A DNA stretch of 63,923 bases, filler included, from Welwitschia mirabilis (taxonomy: Eukaryota), in assembly GCA_051453625.1 (NCBI GenBank). It is 6 parts of one record of this genome, joined end to end, with 100 filler letters (N's around TTAATTAATTAA, not from the genome) between each part and the next. Parts side by side here need not be neighbours in the genome. Positions count along the whole stretch, not along the records: positions 43,670 to 60,353 come from JBOZIK010000001.1; positions 60,454 to 62,621 come from JBOZIK010000001.1; 4 more parts are not named here. One strand, written 5' to 3'. The position numbers and the translations under genes were made by a program. Shown here piece after piece: positions 50,174-62,721 of this stretch (position 1 is the first letter of the stretch; the number at the start of each line of letters is the position of its first letter). The notes under the pieces are model-generated. The model ran no database searches, was not told where the DNA came from, and worked only from the letters and a program-made list of their open reading frames with translations.

Positions 50174-53100
50174 GGTAAAGTTAAGCATTCTTTAGTTGAG
50201 TAAGAGTATTCATCACATATTAATGGTTGAACTAATTTAGCAATTTTGCATCTGTTAAAGCTTTTGTGTAACTCTTCAATGTACAGGAAGATTACTAACT
50301 AGGATGTTAACCTTTAGTTATTCTTCCTCATATTATACTCTTTTCGAATCTCTAAGCATTTCACCTATAGTTATAGTGTCTTTACATGTAGTTTTTGGCC
50401 ATTTTGGTTTCTTTCTAGAAGGTCTTATAATAAGTTTCAAGCATTATCTAAGGTTTAATTAAGTAAATTTCCATCACATAACAAATCTACCATTTATCTA
50501 GTTTGACTATTTAATTTACTAAAGAAGTGATCAATAAATTCTTTTTTACAAACTCATTCATTGGGTTGAATGACACAACTATAAAGAATCTTTTATATGT
50601 TGAGGAATAGTCTTCATGAGGGTATTGTTGGAAATTTATTACTTTTTTTCTTTTTATCCTCATGACTATCCTATTCCTGAATCATTTGATAAAGACTTCT
50701 TGTACATAATTCCCTAATTTACTACTCCTATGTGAAATGGTTTGAAGCCAATATTTTACTTTTCCTTTTAAGGTAAATGGAAATATTATCATGTAGGTTG
50801 TATTTGAAATTTTATCTTTTCCATTTTCTAAAGTAAGAATGAGTTGTTCAATATCAGCTATGCATTGGAATGGGTCTTCATTAGGTTCTTCGAAAAAGGT
50901 AAGATAGGTATTCAAGTTTTTTAACTCTACTTTATCTCTAGGGGATAGGGCAAATGAGTTTTAAAGTTTCTTATTTTTGTTGGCTAACATATCCTTTAAA
51001 AGTAACATTTATATTAGAGGATCCTAATATTTTGAGTAAAGAATTATTAGATGCTATAGAGGTAAGAGTATTATAATAATTAGAAAAAAGAGGAGAGGCA
51101 AGATTTTTAGTAGAACTTGGTTGATTTTTAAAATTTTTTAAAGATTTTAAAGTATGAAAACAAACAATAGTAAATGCAGAATAATTGTCTTGCTTAATTA
51201 AAGAAATAAATTTTTGTTCCTTACCTTAAGTTCTTGAATTAAAGTCCACCAAATCTTCTTTAATTGCTTTGTCAAGAAAATATTTTTGTGAGTGTATTTG
51301 CCTTTGTTGNNNNNNNNNNGCTATTTATCATTACCCTATAAGGTCAAATTATGTTAAACAAACTTCTTTACATTCAAGTAATATCAATCTCCAGGATTAG
51401 TTAAAGGTGCAAGGAATAGAATACACCAAATGAATGTGACAATTACTTAGATTGCATGAAGCATAAAGTGTAGGTTAAGTTTTTTGAAAAATAATAATCA
51501 ATGTGGTAATTCCCAAGTCCAAATGAAGTGCAAAAGTTAGACCTAATAAATTGCTAAATTAAAATANNNNNNNNNNNNNNNNNNNNNNNNNNNNNNNNNN
51601 NNNNNNNNNNNNNNNNNNNNNNNNNNNNNNNNNNNNNNNNNNNNNNNNNNNNNNNNNNNNNNNNNNTCTAAAGTAAGAATGAGTTGTTCTATTTCATCTA
51701 TGCATTGGAATGGATCTTCATTAGGTTCTTCAGAAAAGGTAAGATAGGTATTCAAGTTTTTTAACTCTACTTCATCTCTAGGGGGTAGGTCAAATGGGTT
51801 TTAAAGTTTCTTATTTTTGTTGGCTAACATATCCTTTAAAGTAACATTTGTATTAGAGGATCCTAATATTTTGAGTAAAGATTTATTAGATGCTATAGAG
51901 GTAAGAGTATTATAATAGTTAGAAAAAAGAGGAGAGGTAAGATTTTTAGTAGAACTTGGTTGATTTTTAAAAATTTTTAAAGATTTTAAAGTATGAAAAC
52001 AAACAATAGTAAATGCAGAATAATTGTCTTGATTAATTAAAGAAATAAATTTTTGTTCCTTACCTTAAGTTCTTGAATTAAAGTCCATCAAATCTTCTTT
52101 AATTGCTTTGTCAAGAAAATATTTTTATAAGTGTATTTGCCTTTGTTGCTATTTATCATTACCCTATAAGGTCAAATTATGTTAAACAAACTTCTTTACA
52201 TTAAAGTGATATCAATCTCCAGGATTAGTTAAAGGGGCAAGGAATAGAATACACCAAATGAATGTGACAATTATTTAGATTGCATGAAGCATAAAGTGTA
52301 GGTTAAGTTTTTTTGAAAAATAATAATCAATGTGATAATTCCCAAGATCAAATGAAGTGCAAAAGGTAGACCTAATAAATTGCTAAATTAAAATATAAAT
52401 CCTTCAAATTAAAATTACACTCAGAAGTAAAGAAAGGACAATTACAAGTAATAAAAATTACAATTTGCAAGAAAGAAAATTAAAGTATACTCTAAATGGA
52501 TAATCAAACAATTGCTTGGAGACCAAAAGGTAATCAAGTAATTGCAAGTAGATCCAAGAGAATAAAATATAACATTACTTAAATAAGAAATTTGAAATGA
52601 ATTTAAAATACTTACTTGAGTAATAACAATCTTCCTTTTCACTTGAAGTTTTTCCTAGCAATAGTGCTAAAATGTTTCGATGCATATTTGTACTTCTAAT
52701 TCCAATATTTTAAAGATTAAATTTGATTTCGACACTTAAAAAGTTGATAATCTAATTGCACACAATACACATTTATATAGTGAGCTCATCCAAATATCAT
52801 ACACTTAGAGAAAACTACTAAAAGAGAATTTGCAAAATTAATTTTAAAAAGAGAAGAATAATATATTTTTGGATTTTGATTTATATGAATTCAAATTAAA
52901 TATTGAGAAGATAAAGATGAAATGCTATGTAATGAAATTAAATGAAATGCAATGTAATAAAGAATGAATACAATTCTAATGCAATGAATTAACTAAATTT
53001 CCAATCTACTGTCACTAGATCAGTCCTTGTAGCCTATTTTAATTATGAATTTATGTCACTTAAATTGTAGTTAAGATAAACTATAAGGAAAAACAATAAA

Positions 53101-53330
53101 GAATTTAAAAATAGTTTCAATTCAACCAATATTTTTATTAATAAAATTGAAGTAGATCCACTTATGACAATAACTCTTCAATGCAAGATTTTACTGCCAA
53201 TTACCAAGGTAGTCCTTTTCAAAAGTAGGATGGATTACCTTGCCTTTAATAATCTCCAATCATTACAAGAAATGATAGAAGATGATTTTGAATAAAGTCT
53301 GAAATGATCTATCTATAGTTTGGAATGGAT
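50174..53330 (-). mobile_element. Athila-like Ty3/Gypsy 5' part: LTR (~52675-53330), PBS (~52653-52672), gag relic (50174-~51000)
   Basis: LTFFEEPNEDPFQCIADIEQ…IFPFTLKGKVKYWLQTI (ORF 50682-50915; cf. LP.F.G...EDP..H…LFPFSLKDKAK.WL), LICDEYSYSTKECLTLP at 50174-50230, and decayed PBS tcctagcaatagtgctaaaa. Confidence 0.75.
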
Positions 53331-55550
53331 GGTTAAAGGTTGCCAAGGTATGTGAAATGAAGAGGTGCAATTATAATGTATCTTTTCATAACAATTGGAT
53401 TAGTTTTTCAAATTATTTAGTCTGTAGTCCCTCGTGTCGCCTTCACAACATAGTGGATGACAAATCCATTTGCCAACTAACTCTTGGCACATATTAACTA
53501 TCAAAATTGTGTTGACTGTCATCTTAATTACCATTCCCATTACATGGGGAATGACAGTGTCCTATCCAATTACTTATCACTTTGCAATTGTCATCTTCAC
53601 TACATGTAAGATGATTGTCATTTTACATAAGTCATTCCTACAACATTCAAAACGATAGTTATTTTGCATTAATTGTCCTCATGATAGAGTAAATAACTAG
53701 TTCTACTTGCTTAACTACATCTTTACCTTTATGCTTTGATCCATCATCATGTAAAAATAGCTTCCTATATTGGAAATTGGTGCATCTCATGATGTGTATG
53801 GAAGCTTTACATAATTTTGCATATATCCCTGGGAAACTTATCAATAAGACATAAAAGTATACTCCACAAGTGTATTAAGTAGGTCAATTTGTCTTGACAA
53901 CATGTTGTCTTTAGAAACTATGAATAATTACAAGCACATGGTCATATGTCTATATCTCTTTTTTCCCAGGAGAGATGATACTTAACAAACATCAAATAAA
54001 AGGCATGCCTATAAAAAAACACTTTCTACCACTAACTTTAGCTTATTATTCTCTAAGAAGACATCTTTCCACATTAGTACCATGCCAACATTTTGGTTCA
54101 CTGTCTCATACTATAGTTTCAACCTAAATCTTTTCATTCTTAAATAAAGATAAAATTAACATAAAATCAAAGTGATGTCCATAGGTTAATAGATATCATA
54201 CACAACATTCCACTATTGGCATGTTCTCATGGCTTCCCTCCTTCATGCATGTCTTTAGCAGGCTGGTCATTGTCATGGCTTCAGTTTGCTTTTTGTAGGC
54301 TCTAGAGATGTTTTCTTTGATGGATCCACTTTCTTTTTAACCTTAGCTATTCTTGTTTCTTTTCTAATGGTTTTTCTTCTTCTTTGCTAGTTTGTTCTAC
54401 CACAAAATTTTTGTTTCTCTTATGAATGCTAGGGTAGATGGCCCTTTTATTTTCATCACTTCAATCATAAGCTCCTTATCCTTTGCTTCTTTTCCTTTAT
54501 CCTTAGAATCATGAATATGCACATCATTGTTTGTTTGATGAAAAGCTTATTCTATGGAATGCTAACTTCAATCATTAAAGATTGTTTCTATTCCTTCTTA
54601 GAAACATTCTTATCATGCAAAGTAGCAAAATTGATTAACAAAAATCCTCTAACCTTTTGATTTCATGAACATTACTATGATTTCTCTCATTCTGTGAAGG
54701 ATCTCCCGAAAAAAGACTAAGAAATGCCTCAGGCTCACACTGCAATGACATAATACCATGAAGTTATATCAAGGTTAAAGGGGAACCTTAAACAAAAGAT
54801 CTTCATTGGCCATCCAAATGAATAACACTTATTTCCATGTATAAAATAACTCTGTGGAAGTGATGCTTGCATGTGGAGAGTAGAAAGCTCTATGACAGAA
54901 GGAGCTTTTTATAGAGCTTCTGATGTTGATCAAGGACTTATTTTTTACCATTCTTGTGTTGTTCTGCTCTACTTCTTCTTGAGGTTTTTATTTGATGGCT
55001 TCAAAAGGCTGAAGATCAACATTTGATTAGTAACATGTTGCATGATGCAGTTGTCGAGAGATTTCTTTGGCAGTGCATGCTCTTTTAGATTGGTAGTGGA
55101 GCTACTGCCAAGTTATTCGATGAGCATCATGAATCCTTGAATTACAAAAATTTAAGAGTTACAAAGAGCCTAAAACTATAGAGATCTTCCTTGTTTGACT
55201 CAAAAGGACAACCTTAGAGCTCTATGCATGAAAATACCTCCAGGAAAAGGAGCTATAAATTCCAGCAAATAAGAGAAAGTCATGGATTTATTTCTACTTG
55301 ATGTTGATCAAGATTTGTAGAGCATCATGAAAGACCATGGTTAGATGGGATTGCTCAGCCTTAAGCTCTCATACCAATTGAAGGATTTCAGATCCCATAT
55401 GCATAGAAGACCCAAGAACTAGGAGAAACTCCTAAGGAGCACAAATGAATAATCATTTAAATCAGCTCAATTTGTTTAATTATAATTAGATGAATTATAC
55501 AAATCGATTTTCCATATGGAGTATTAACTAACTCCAAAATTATGGATTTA
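53330..55550 (-). mobile_element. Ty3/Gypsy (CRM-like?) 5' relic: LTR end, tRNA-Met PBS and decayed gag
   Basis: gctctcatacca at 55365-55376 (TGGTATGAGAGC on minus) lies next to an LTR-like …TCA end. Gag-like ENNKLKLVV…HAF.WW fragment at ~53990-54070. Confidence 0.45.
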
Positions 55551-55836
55551 GATCCTGATTTTTTGTGGATCTCAAATTAGTAATGCCTATTTGAAGTAAA
55601 TATTCCAATAGCCACTTTCCTCTTTTTCACTATGTATTCTTTTTCTGATGATGTTGTGTCAACCTCCTTTATTTTGCAAAAGTCGTCTCTTGCTTATAAT
55701 TCTCGACCTATGCTGTGTTCTTTGCTTCTATTGATAGACCTCTACTAGTGTTCTCTTTTAATGCTCTTTGTTTTCTTGCTTTGTAGCTTTCCTGCCCCCG
55801 TTTTCCTCTTTAAGATGCCACTATCTTTTTATCACC

Positions 55837-55883
55837 AAAAAAAAGAAAAAGAAAAAGAAAAGGAAAAAGAAAAAGAAAAAAAA
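55837..55883 (+). repeat. (GAAAAA)n simple repeat
   Basis: aaaaaaaagaaaaagaaaaagaaaaggaaaaagaaaaagaaaaaaaa. Confidence 0.9.
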
Positions 55884-57729
55884 CTTGTCAACAAGAATGT
55901 CATTGATAAATCTTTATCTGTAGATGGCATTACAGAGTGTAGTATGTGAATTCTGCTGAGTCCTATAGATAAGCCAGTTTGTTACTAAATTTTAGGAGTA
56001 TCATGATATCATTAACAAAATGTCTGTTGATAACATGGCTGCAAATTGCAGATGGTAGTGGTTGATAAATTTTGAGTGAGCATGGAGCCACATCGTCACT
56101 AGATCCCCTTTACCAGTGATAAATGTGGTTGAAGAGATCCGGAGTTTGACTGAAAAATGTTTCAAAAGAAAAGAAAGTAGGAGAGGGTAGCATGACTGGT
56201 GAGAAACGGTGCTGTGGAGGCAATGATGGCAAGGAGTTCATGTCAGCAGTTACAAGGGTTCTGTAGTGCTCACTATTAGCAGTGCCGGTGGAAGCTGAAC
56301 GTGCGAGAGTTGAATGGTCAATTGTTGAAAACAATGTAGCACCCATGACTGCTGAAACACGTGAAGAATGGATGACATGGTAATCAAGTGGTATCTTTGA
56401 AAAACAGCAGCAGTGCTGCAATGCATAGGAGAAGGAATGGCAATGGTCTGAGCCAGTGCTCATTCTCTGAAACAGAAGTTAAGAAGGAGCTTCAAGTCAA
56501 GGAATTCATTCATCCCTATGTCTTCATCTAACTTCAAGAAGAAAAACTGGTTTTGCAATTCCAGCACCGGACCACCTAGGGAGTTCTCCTGAAGGTTTCA
56601 TTTGCTACAATTATAATCCTTTTTCTTAGCATATTTTATGACAGAATAAAGATCTGAATGCAGGTACCCTAAAACGAGGACTGCAACTTCATGTTTCTAC
56701 CAGAAAAACTCATACAAGTGGACGATATTAGGGCATCCATGAAGGAATTCAAAGGCTATGATCTTCCCTGAATGTATTTGTGAGAAGTTCCTTCAAGTCA
56801 ATGATAAGAAGCTTTTTCTGTAAACGCTCGCACATTTTTTTAAGTCTTGAAAGATATTATGACATTTAATGGGTTCAAGCCATCGCACCCATTAAATAGG
56901 ATTTGCATTGGCTCTTGAATAAGGACATGTATCTTTTCTGATTATTTATCTAGTTAAATGGTTCAGTGGTGACTGCAAACTTTTGTTTGTCTTACTTTGA
57001 TCCATATGCATCATTTTCTATTCATGTCAACCATCTTTCTGATTTGCCTTATTAAAACATCCAACCTTCTCTATGTTGAATAAATATAAACTCAAAAAAG
57101 GATGAGCTATCCAGAGGACGATTCAAAATTTACAAGCGACCATTTTGATTCTAAGTATTCTAAATCTTAATCACAAAGAGAATGAGAAAGGGACATCGAT
57201 CAAAAGGCCAAAGTCAATCTGGTGTTCTCCAGCCTGGAACTATGTTTGTAAGAGAAAAAGGTGATGTTGCTCAAAAGAAACAGAGGTAAAAAAGAATAGA
57301 AAGAGATGTGGGAGAGGCATAAGATGCATTTCTCTTGGTGTTATGAACTATCATGGGGTTAAAGTAAAAATCACAAGTAAACTTGTTAAACCAAATGTCT
57401 GATGATGGTAAAAAATATTTAACTCAGATTTTAATAATCCCATCATCTATAATTTACTCCTTTGCATACAATTCCCTTAAAATTACCTCATTGTCCATGC
57501 TCTTTGAAAGGATAAAGTTACCTAATCATCTATTGTCGTCTACATAATTTTTATGAACTAATGTAATAAAAGAAGAAAACTAGACATATTTTGTTTAAAA
57601 TTTTGAAGGTAAATCTATTTAAGCAAATGATTTCTCTACATAAGTTCAAAATCGGGAAAATTCATGGGTCGTAATGGGGATATTATATTAGGTGAAATTA
57701 TTCAAAGGAAAACAATAGCATTGAAGTAC

Positions 57730-60353
57730 TACCACAAGAAATAGAGGCTATAAATCTTTTTAAGGCATCTATCTTAATAAATGCCTTAAAAAATGAAATA
57801 ACCTTTTTAAGGCGTTTGTTTGAATAAACACTTTAAAAGCAAATTTTAAAAGGTTTTTTAATAAGGAATTAAAAAATAAGGCATTTATCCATAACAAATG
57901 CCTTAAATATTATTTTTATGACATTTAAAAACTAAATGCCCTAAAAGCTTGCTTAAAAAGGAAAAAAAAAAAAAAGCCTTGTGCATGCATTTTTTAGAAC
58001 ATTAAAAAAATCAATGTGATCATTCACTCAAACCCTTGACCCACCACTCATCGCTTTCTTGCCACTTGTCAGTTGCTTGCGACTTACTACTTGTAATGAA
58101 GGAAGCATTGATCATAGATGAACACTAGAATTTCCTAGAATAACAGTCATGTTCGAACCTTATGATGGCCATTTTTGTATAAATTCTTTTCCACTTAGGC
58201 CTAATCTAGCTATTTTAGAGATACCTAGTCTTGTACTTAGTTAGTCCATGCCTCTATATATCATGGTTTTCTTAGATCCATTAGCAAATCAATATTCATT
58301 GCATACAAAGCAAAATCCTATATTCAAAATGTAATACCAAGTACTCTACATAGGTCCTCTTGGCCATCAGACTTTAAATTATTTAGAAAAGTTCCCTACT
58401 AGAACTTAAATTATTAGAAAATATTTTGATTAAACTTTAATCTATTTGGATAACCTACCTATTTTATTGAAAAGATAAGAGAATTATTAATATAAAACTA
58501 GCACCATGGTTTGAAAATTTAGCAAATAGATAGAAAAACAGAAGAAACACATTAGAAAATCTTTAAATCTTAGGACAAATAATCTTAGATATTCTTTTTA
58601 GCACGTCCTTATCAAAGACATTAGAACTTTTGTTCATTTGAAATGCTAGTGAACATTACTTTCTTCTAGATTTCTCACAAGTGATAATTACTAATTGATA
58701 GTGTGATAACCAATAAAATTAAAAAGGTTATGGGGCTGAATTAATCAACAATTTGATCCCATTCAGTTCTAAATATAATAGCATTCTGTTTAAATCTAGA
58801 ATTCATTATATTAATATTTTAGATGCCATAAAATAATAATAGTAAATTACAAAGTTAGGGTATGATTCAAGTGCTAGATTTAAATATCATCATAACATTA
58901 TAATGATAATGTTGCATAAAAATTGCCTTACATTAACAAATGAAAATAGGTTAGAAAGGAAAGAATGTATGCTTTCTTATGACAATCTTCTTCAAAGCCT
59001 GAATCTTGATATTAAGAACTTTACATTACTTTCTCAATATCATAGGTTAGAAAGGGATCAAACATAAATGATATTCTTATTGGCTTTTACTATATTTCTT
59101 TGAGGAAATTTTAGGTAGATAGTATGTGCCATGCAATGCCCTGTGGCACTAGGGCTTATGTAAACTTATGATGATAGATACCAAGATGCAATGTTTCATT
59201 AGTACTGCTACTCAATAGAGATTTAAACATAGTATCCTATGTTCATATGTTTCTTAACCAACTAAATCTCATGTCTATTATAAATACTAAAGTCTAGAAT
59301 TATTGATGTTTCTTAAATACATTGCTTAATCAGTCATGATTTATTTGGTAATACGCATTAGAAGAATTTTTTGTTTAAAAGGAGCTAGAATATGATAACT
59401 AGATGCCTGACAACAAAATGTAGAAGCTCTTCTTTCCTATGATTTTTTAGTCTCTCTTTCTCTAATGTTGAGAGTGTTTTACCATTCTTCTATGAATGTG
59501 GATCTAAAAATGACAATATCATGTTAAATATTTTGGGTGATGTGTGTTCTTTTTTTTGTCTTAGTCTATAATAGCGGCCAATACTTTATGAGAGTAGAAG
59601 ATGTTTTTTCATGTTTGTTCTTTAATAAGGACTACCCATTTCTTATCATGTAGGTTGAAAAGGTCATCACAGAAAAAACTTTAGTTGAGGCATATGCTCT
59701 TCTTGAAAGATTTGATGAAGTAGTTTTTGAAAACATGGTTAATATTGACAAGGAAAAGTGAATGTGCAAAATTAGTTCCTTAAAACAGTAAAATAGATTG
59801 ACTATAGCTGTGAAAGTTATGGCCAATCCTCCCATAATTTTTATGGATAAACCTAGTTTAAGAAATGGTGCCTGTTCTAATTTAATTATAATGAGAACTA
59901 TTAAAAACATAGTTACTATAGGATGGACCATAACATGCATAATTCATTCGCCAAACATTGATGTATTTGAATCTTTTCCTAAGGTGAGTGCATTTTTTAC
60001 TTCTTACAAGCATGTTTGTTACAACTTATAACATATTGAGAAGGTCCTAGATATTAATCATTTTTTCAATTATTACATCCTATTTTGAAAATATGTATTT
60101 ATTTACCCCTAATGATGCTTCCTGCCATTATTAAACTAATGGAGGTTAAGCAAATGCAACTGTCTCTTTTTGGCCTTGAAATGATTAAAGGGAAGCTTGC
60201 ATCTTTAAAAATTAAGGATTTTTAGTTATTAAATTTTTAAATCTATCATTGACCCTATTCTCAAAACCATTAGAATAAGAACATTTGGATTTGGAACTCC
60301 ATCCTTTAACTTGTCTATCCTCTAAAATTAAAGACACACAAGAGAAGATTAAA
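57730..60353 (+). mobile_element. CACTA transposon 5' part (degenerate left TIR, subterminal repeats, TnpD relic), cut by a scaffold join
   Basis: TACCACAAGAAA (57730; 10/12 match to CACTACAAGAAA), then taaggcatt/aaatgccttaaa repeats at 57757-57960 of the same type as 32905-33176. AVKVMANPPIIF (ORF 59798-60031; cf. AKVMWYLPIIPR) and LPAIIKLMEVKQMQLSLFG (cf. LPPWLCMK…LSL.I.GP). Confidence 0.7.
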
Positions 60354-60453
60354 NNNNNNNNNNNNNNNNNNNNNNNNNNNNNNNNNNNNNNNNNNNNTTA
60401 ATTAATTAANNNNNNNNNNNNNNNNNNNNNNNNNNNNNNNNNNNNNNNNNNNN

Positions 60454-62621
60454 TTAATCATCAAGTTAACATCCACTTACAACAAAGTAGTAGCACCTCA
60501 ATGGAGGATACTCAACCCAACACCAAGGTAATCTTCTCTCTGTAGCTACTGGATGAACCTCTTGTCCTTTAATATTCATCATAAGAATATCTGGTATAAA
60601 CGATGAAAATGGAAGTGAAGGAAAGAAAGGGTATTTATATTTTTACATTAAAGTTATATAATCACAACCTTAAGAGTCAGAGAAGAAATCCTAGTAACCC
60701 ATATGGGTTGCATAACCCCATTACAAAGATAATTCTTTCCATCCAAATGAAAATAGGTGTCGTCATGAGTATCATGGAGATGATAATGAGGAGGATTCTT
60801 TATAGCAAAAGGTAATTCATTAGCTTTAGGCCCTATAGTTAACTCCATAGATTTAATCCATGTTAGAAGTGCTACTGTCCTACCTATTATGAGGATGATA
60901 GAGGAGACAACAAGCCTCTCTATCTTCTATCTCAAAGGGAAATCAATCTTATGCATGGTTAATCTTTTCTTTAAGGCATAAATTATTAAAATAAGCTTGA
61001 GATGCCTCCAAATATGCTAATAATTGCATGTTTTAGTGAATATCCTATCAATTCTTCATAATCATCAAAATTGCATCCAAACCTATATAAATGTACTACA
61101 AAAATACTCAAAATACACCATCAATTTCCTACAAATTAGCATTGTATTAGAGTCCTCTACTTAGTCTTGTTAGTCGCTAATAAAGTGAGTGATCAACTAT
61201 ATTACAAGCCAGTCTGACTAAGATAACTAGCAACTAGAAAAAATGTAATTTTTAGTTTAATTTTTAACATGCAAGAATATACATTAAAAACCAATTAAAT
61301 GATATAAATACTAATAGATTCATAAGCATCCTACTTAAATACATCATAATAGAATAAATGAATGTCATACATGTATTAAAAAAATCATAAAATGTAATAA
61401 TAATAGCTCAAAAAATGATAATATGTATGCATAATTCGAAATAGTAATACTAAAATTGATGTGAAAAAACTTAGTAATAACTTAAAAAAATGATACATAC
61501 AAGTTCATTAATGTATTCTATAAAGGGAAAAGTATAAAGAGTGATCATAACATTCTTTTCCCTTATTCAAGATGTTTTAGATATTCTGAAACATAGATAT
61601 AGGAAAACTCTATAAATGTGCTATTGTGCACTTGCTAGATAAAGTCCATAAAATTTTATTCAAGTAACATAAAATCATATCCAAATAACTCATTATAAAT
61701 ATGTATTATAAAGCTCAAAAATGATCCTTTTACATTTAAAATTTTTTTTAATATCTAAGAAGAAGGTTAAAAACATGTCCTACCCCTCCACAGGTGAAAT
61801 AAGATGTCCTAGATTATAATAGGGTGAAAAGAATGATTATCATCTTATCTATTGTGGGGACAACAAACATGGAATGACACAAATCAAATGATATGTTGGA
61901 AAGATAGGAAAAACTAGAAAAAAGTCTAAAAGAATTAAAGTAATAGAAAAGCATTAGAAAATTAGGAAGAAGATAAAAATGGAAGAATTATCTTGAAAAA
62001 CATAACTATGATGAAAAGAGACTTATGAGAAAAGGGCATTAAAAATAATAAGACCATGATAATGCACTAAGTAGAATGAAGTAATGCTCATAAGAACTTC
62101 TCAAATGTGTCTGAACTCAATAAGCATGAAAAAGTATGAATTAAACCTCAAAAAGTATTATCATCACCTATTAAAAAGAGAAACAACAATCCTCATGGAT
62201 AGAAACTATGAAACTACTAAATAATCAAATCTATAATATTATTATGAAAAAGTAGAAAAATGACTTTGAAGAATACAAAAGACAGCTAAAGAAAAATAAA
62301 AATGAAAATGGACAACTAGGAACATATAGAAAATTGTGTATTCACCCTAAATTCTAATCTAAACAAACTTTCTTAACAAAAATTATAAAATCACTTGATG
62401 AAAAATGCATGATAGTATGTAAAAACTCATAAAGTACTAGTCAAATAGGCAATTATTATGATGGTGTTAAGTATGTTTAATGTTGTCAAATAATGAATGA
62501 TAAGATTAAAAGCTACATAAACATGAACTTACTAGCTCACACATCAAAACAATACTAGAATCAAAAAAATTAGAATGATCATGTAAAATTACTATATGCA
62601 AAATTAGTTTAGAAAACAAGA
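60454..62621 (-). mobile_element. Athila/Tat-like Gypsy 3' LTR and adjacent non-coding internal relic
   Basis: gtcctctacttagtcttgttagtc (~61150) is a decayed version of the PPT-region motif at 62812. Segment ~62390-62600 is homologous to ~63515-63710. Confidence 0.4.
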
Positions 62622-62721
62622 NNNNNNNNNNNNNNNNNNNNNNNNNNNNNNNNNNNNNNNNNNNNTTAATTAATTAANNNNNNNNNNNNNNNNNNNNNNN
62701 NNNNNNNNNNNNNNNNNNNNN

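Noticed and set aside
55761..55949. ORF with a KEKEKE tract
   Set aside because: The tract is simply the (GAAAAA)n microsatellite; no other coding evidence.
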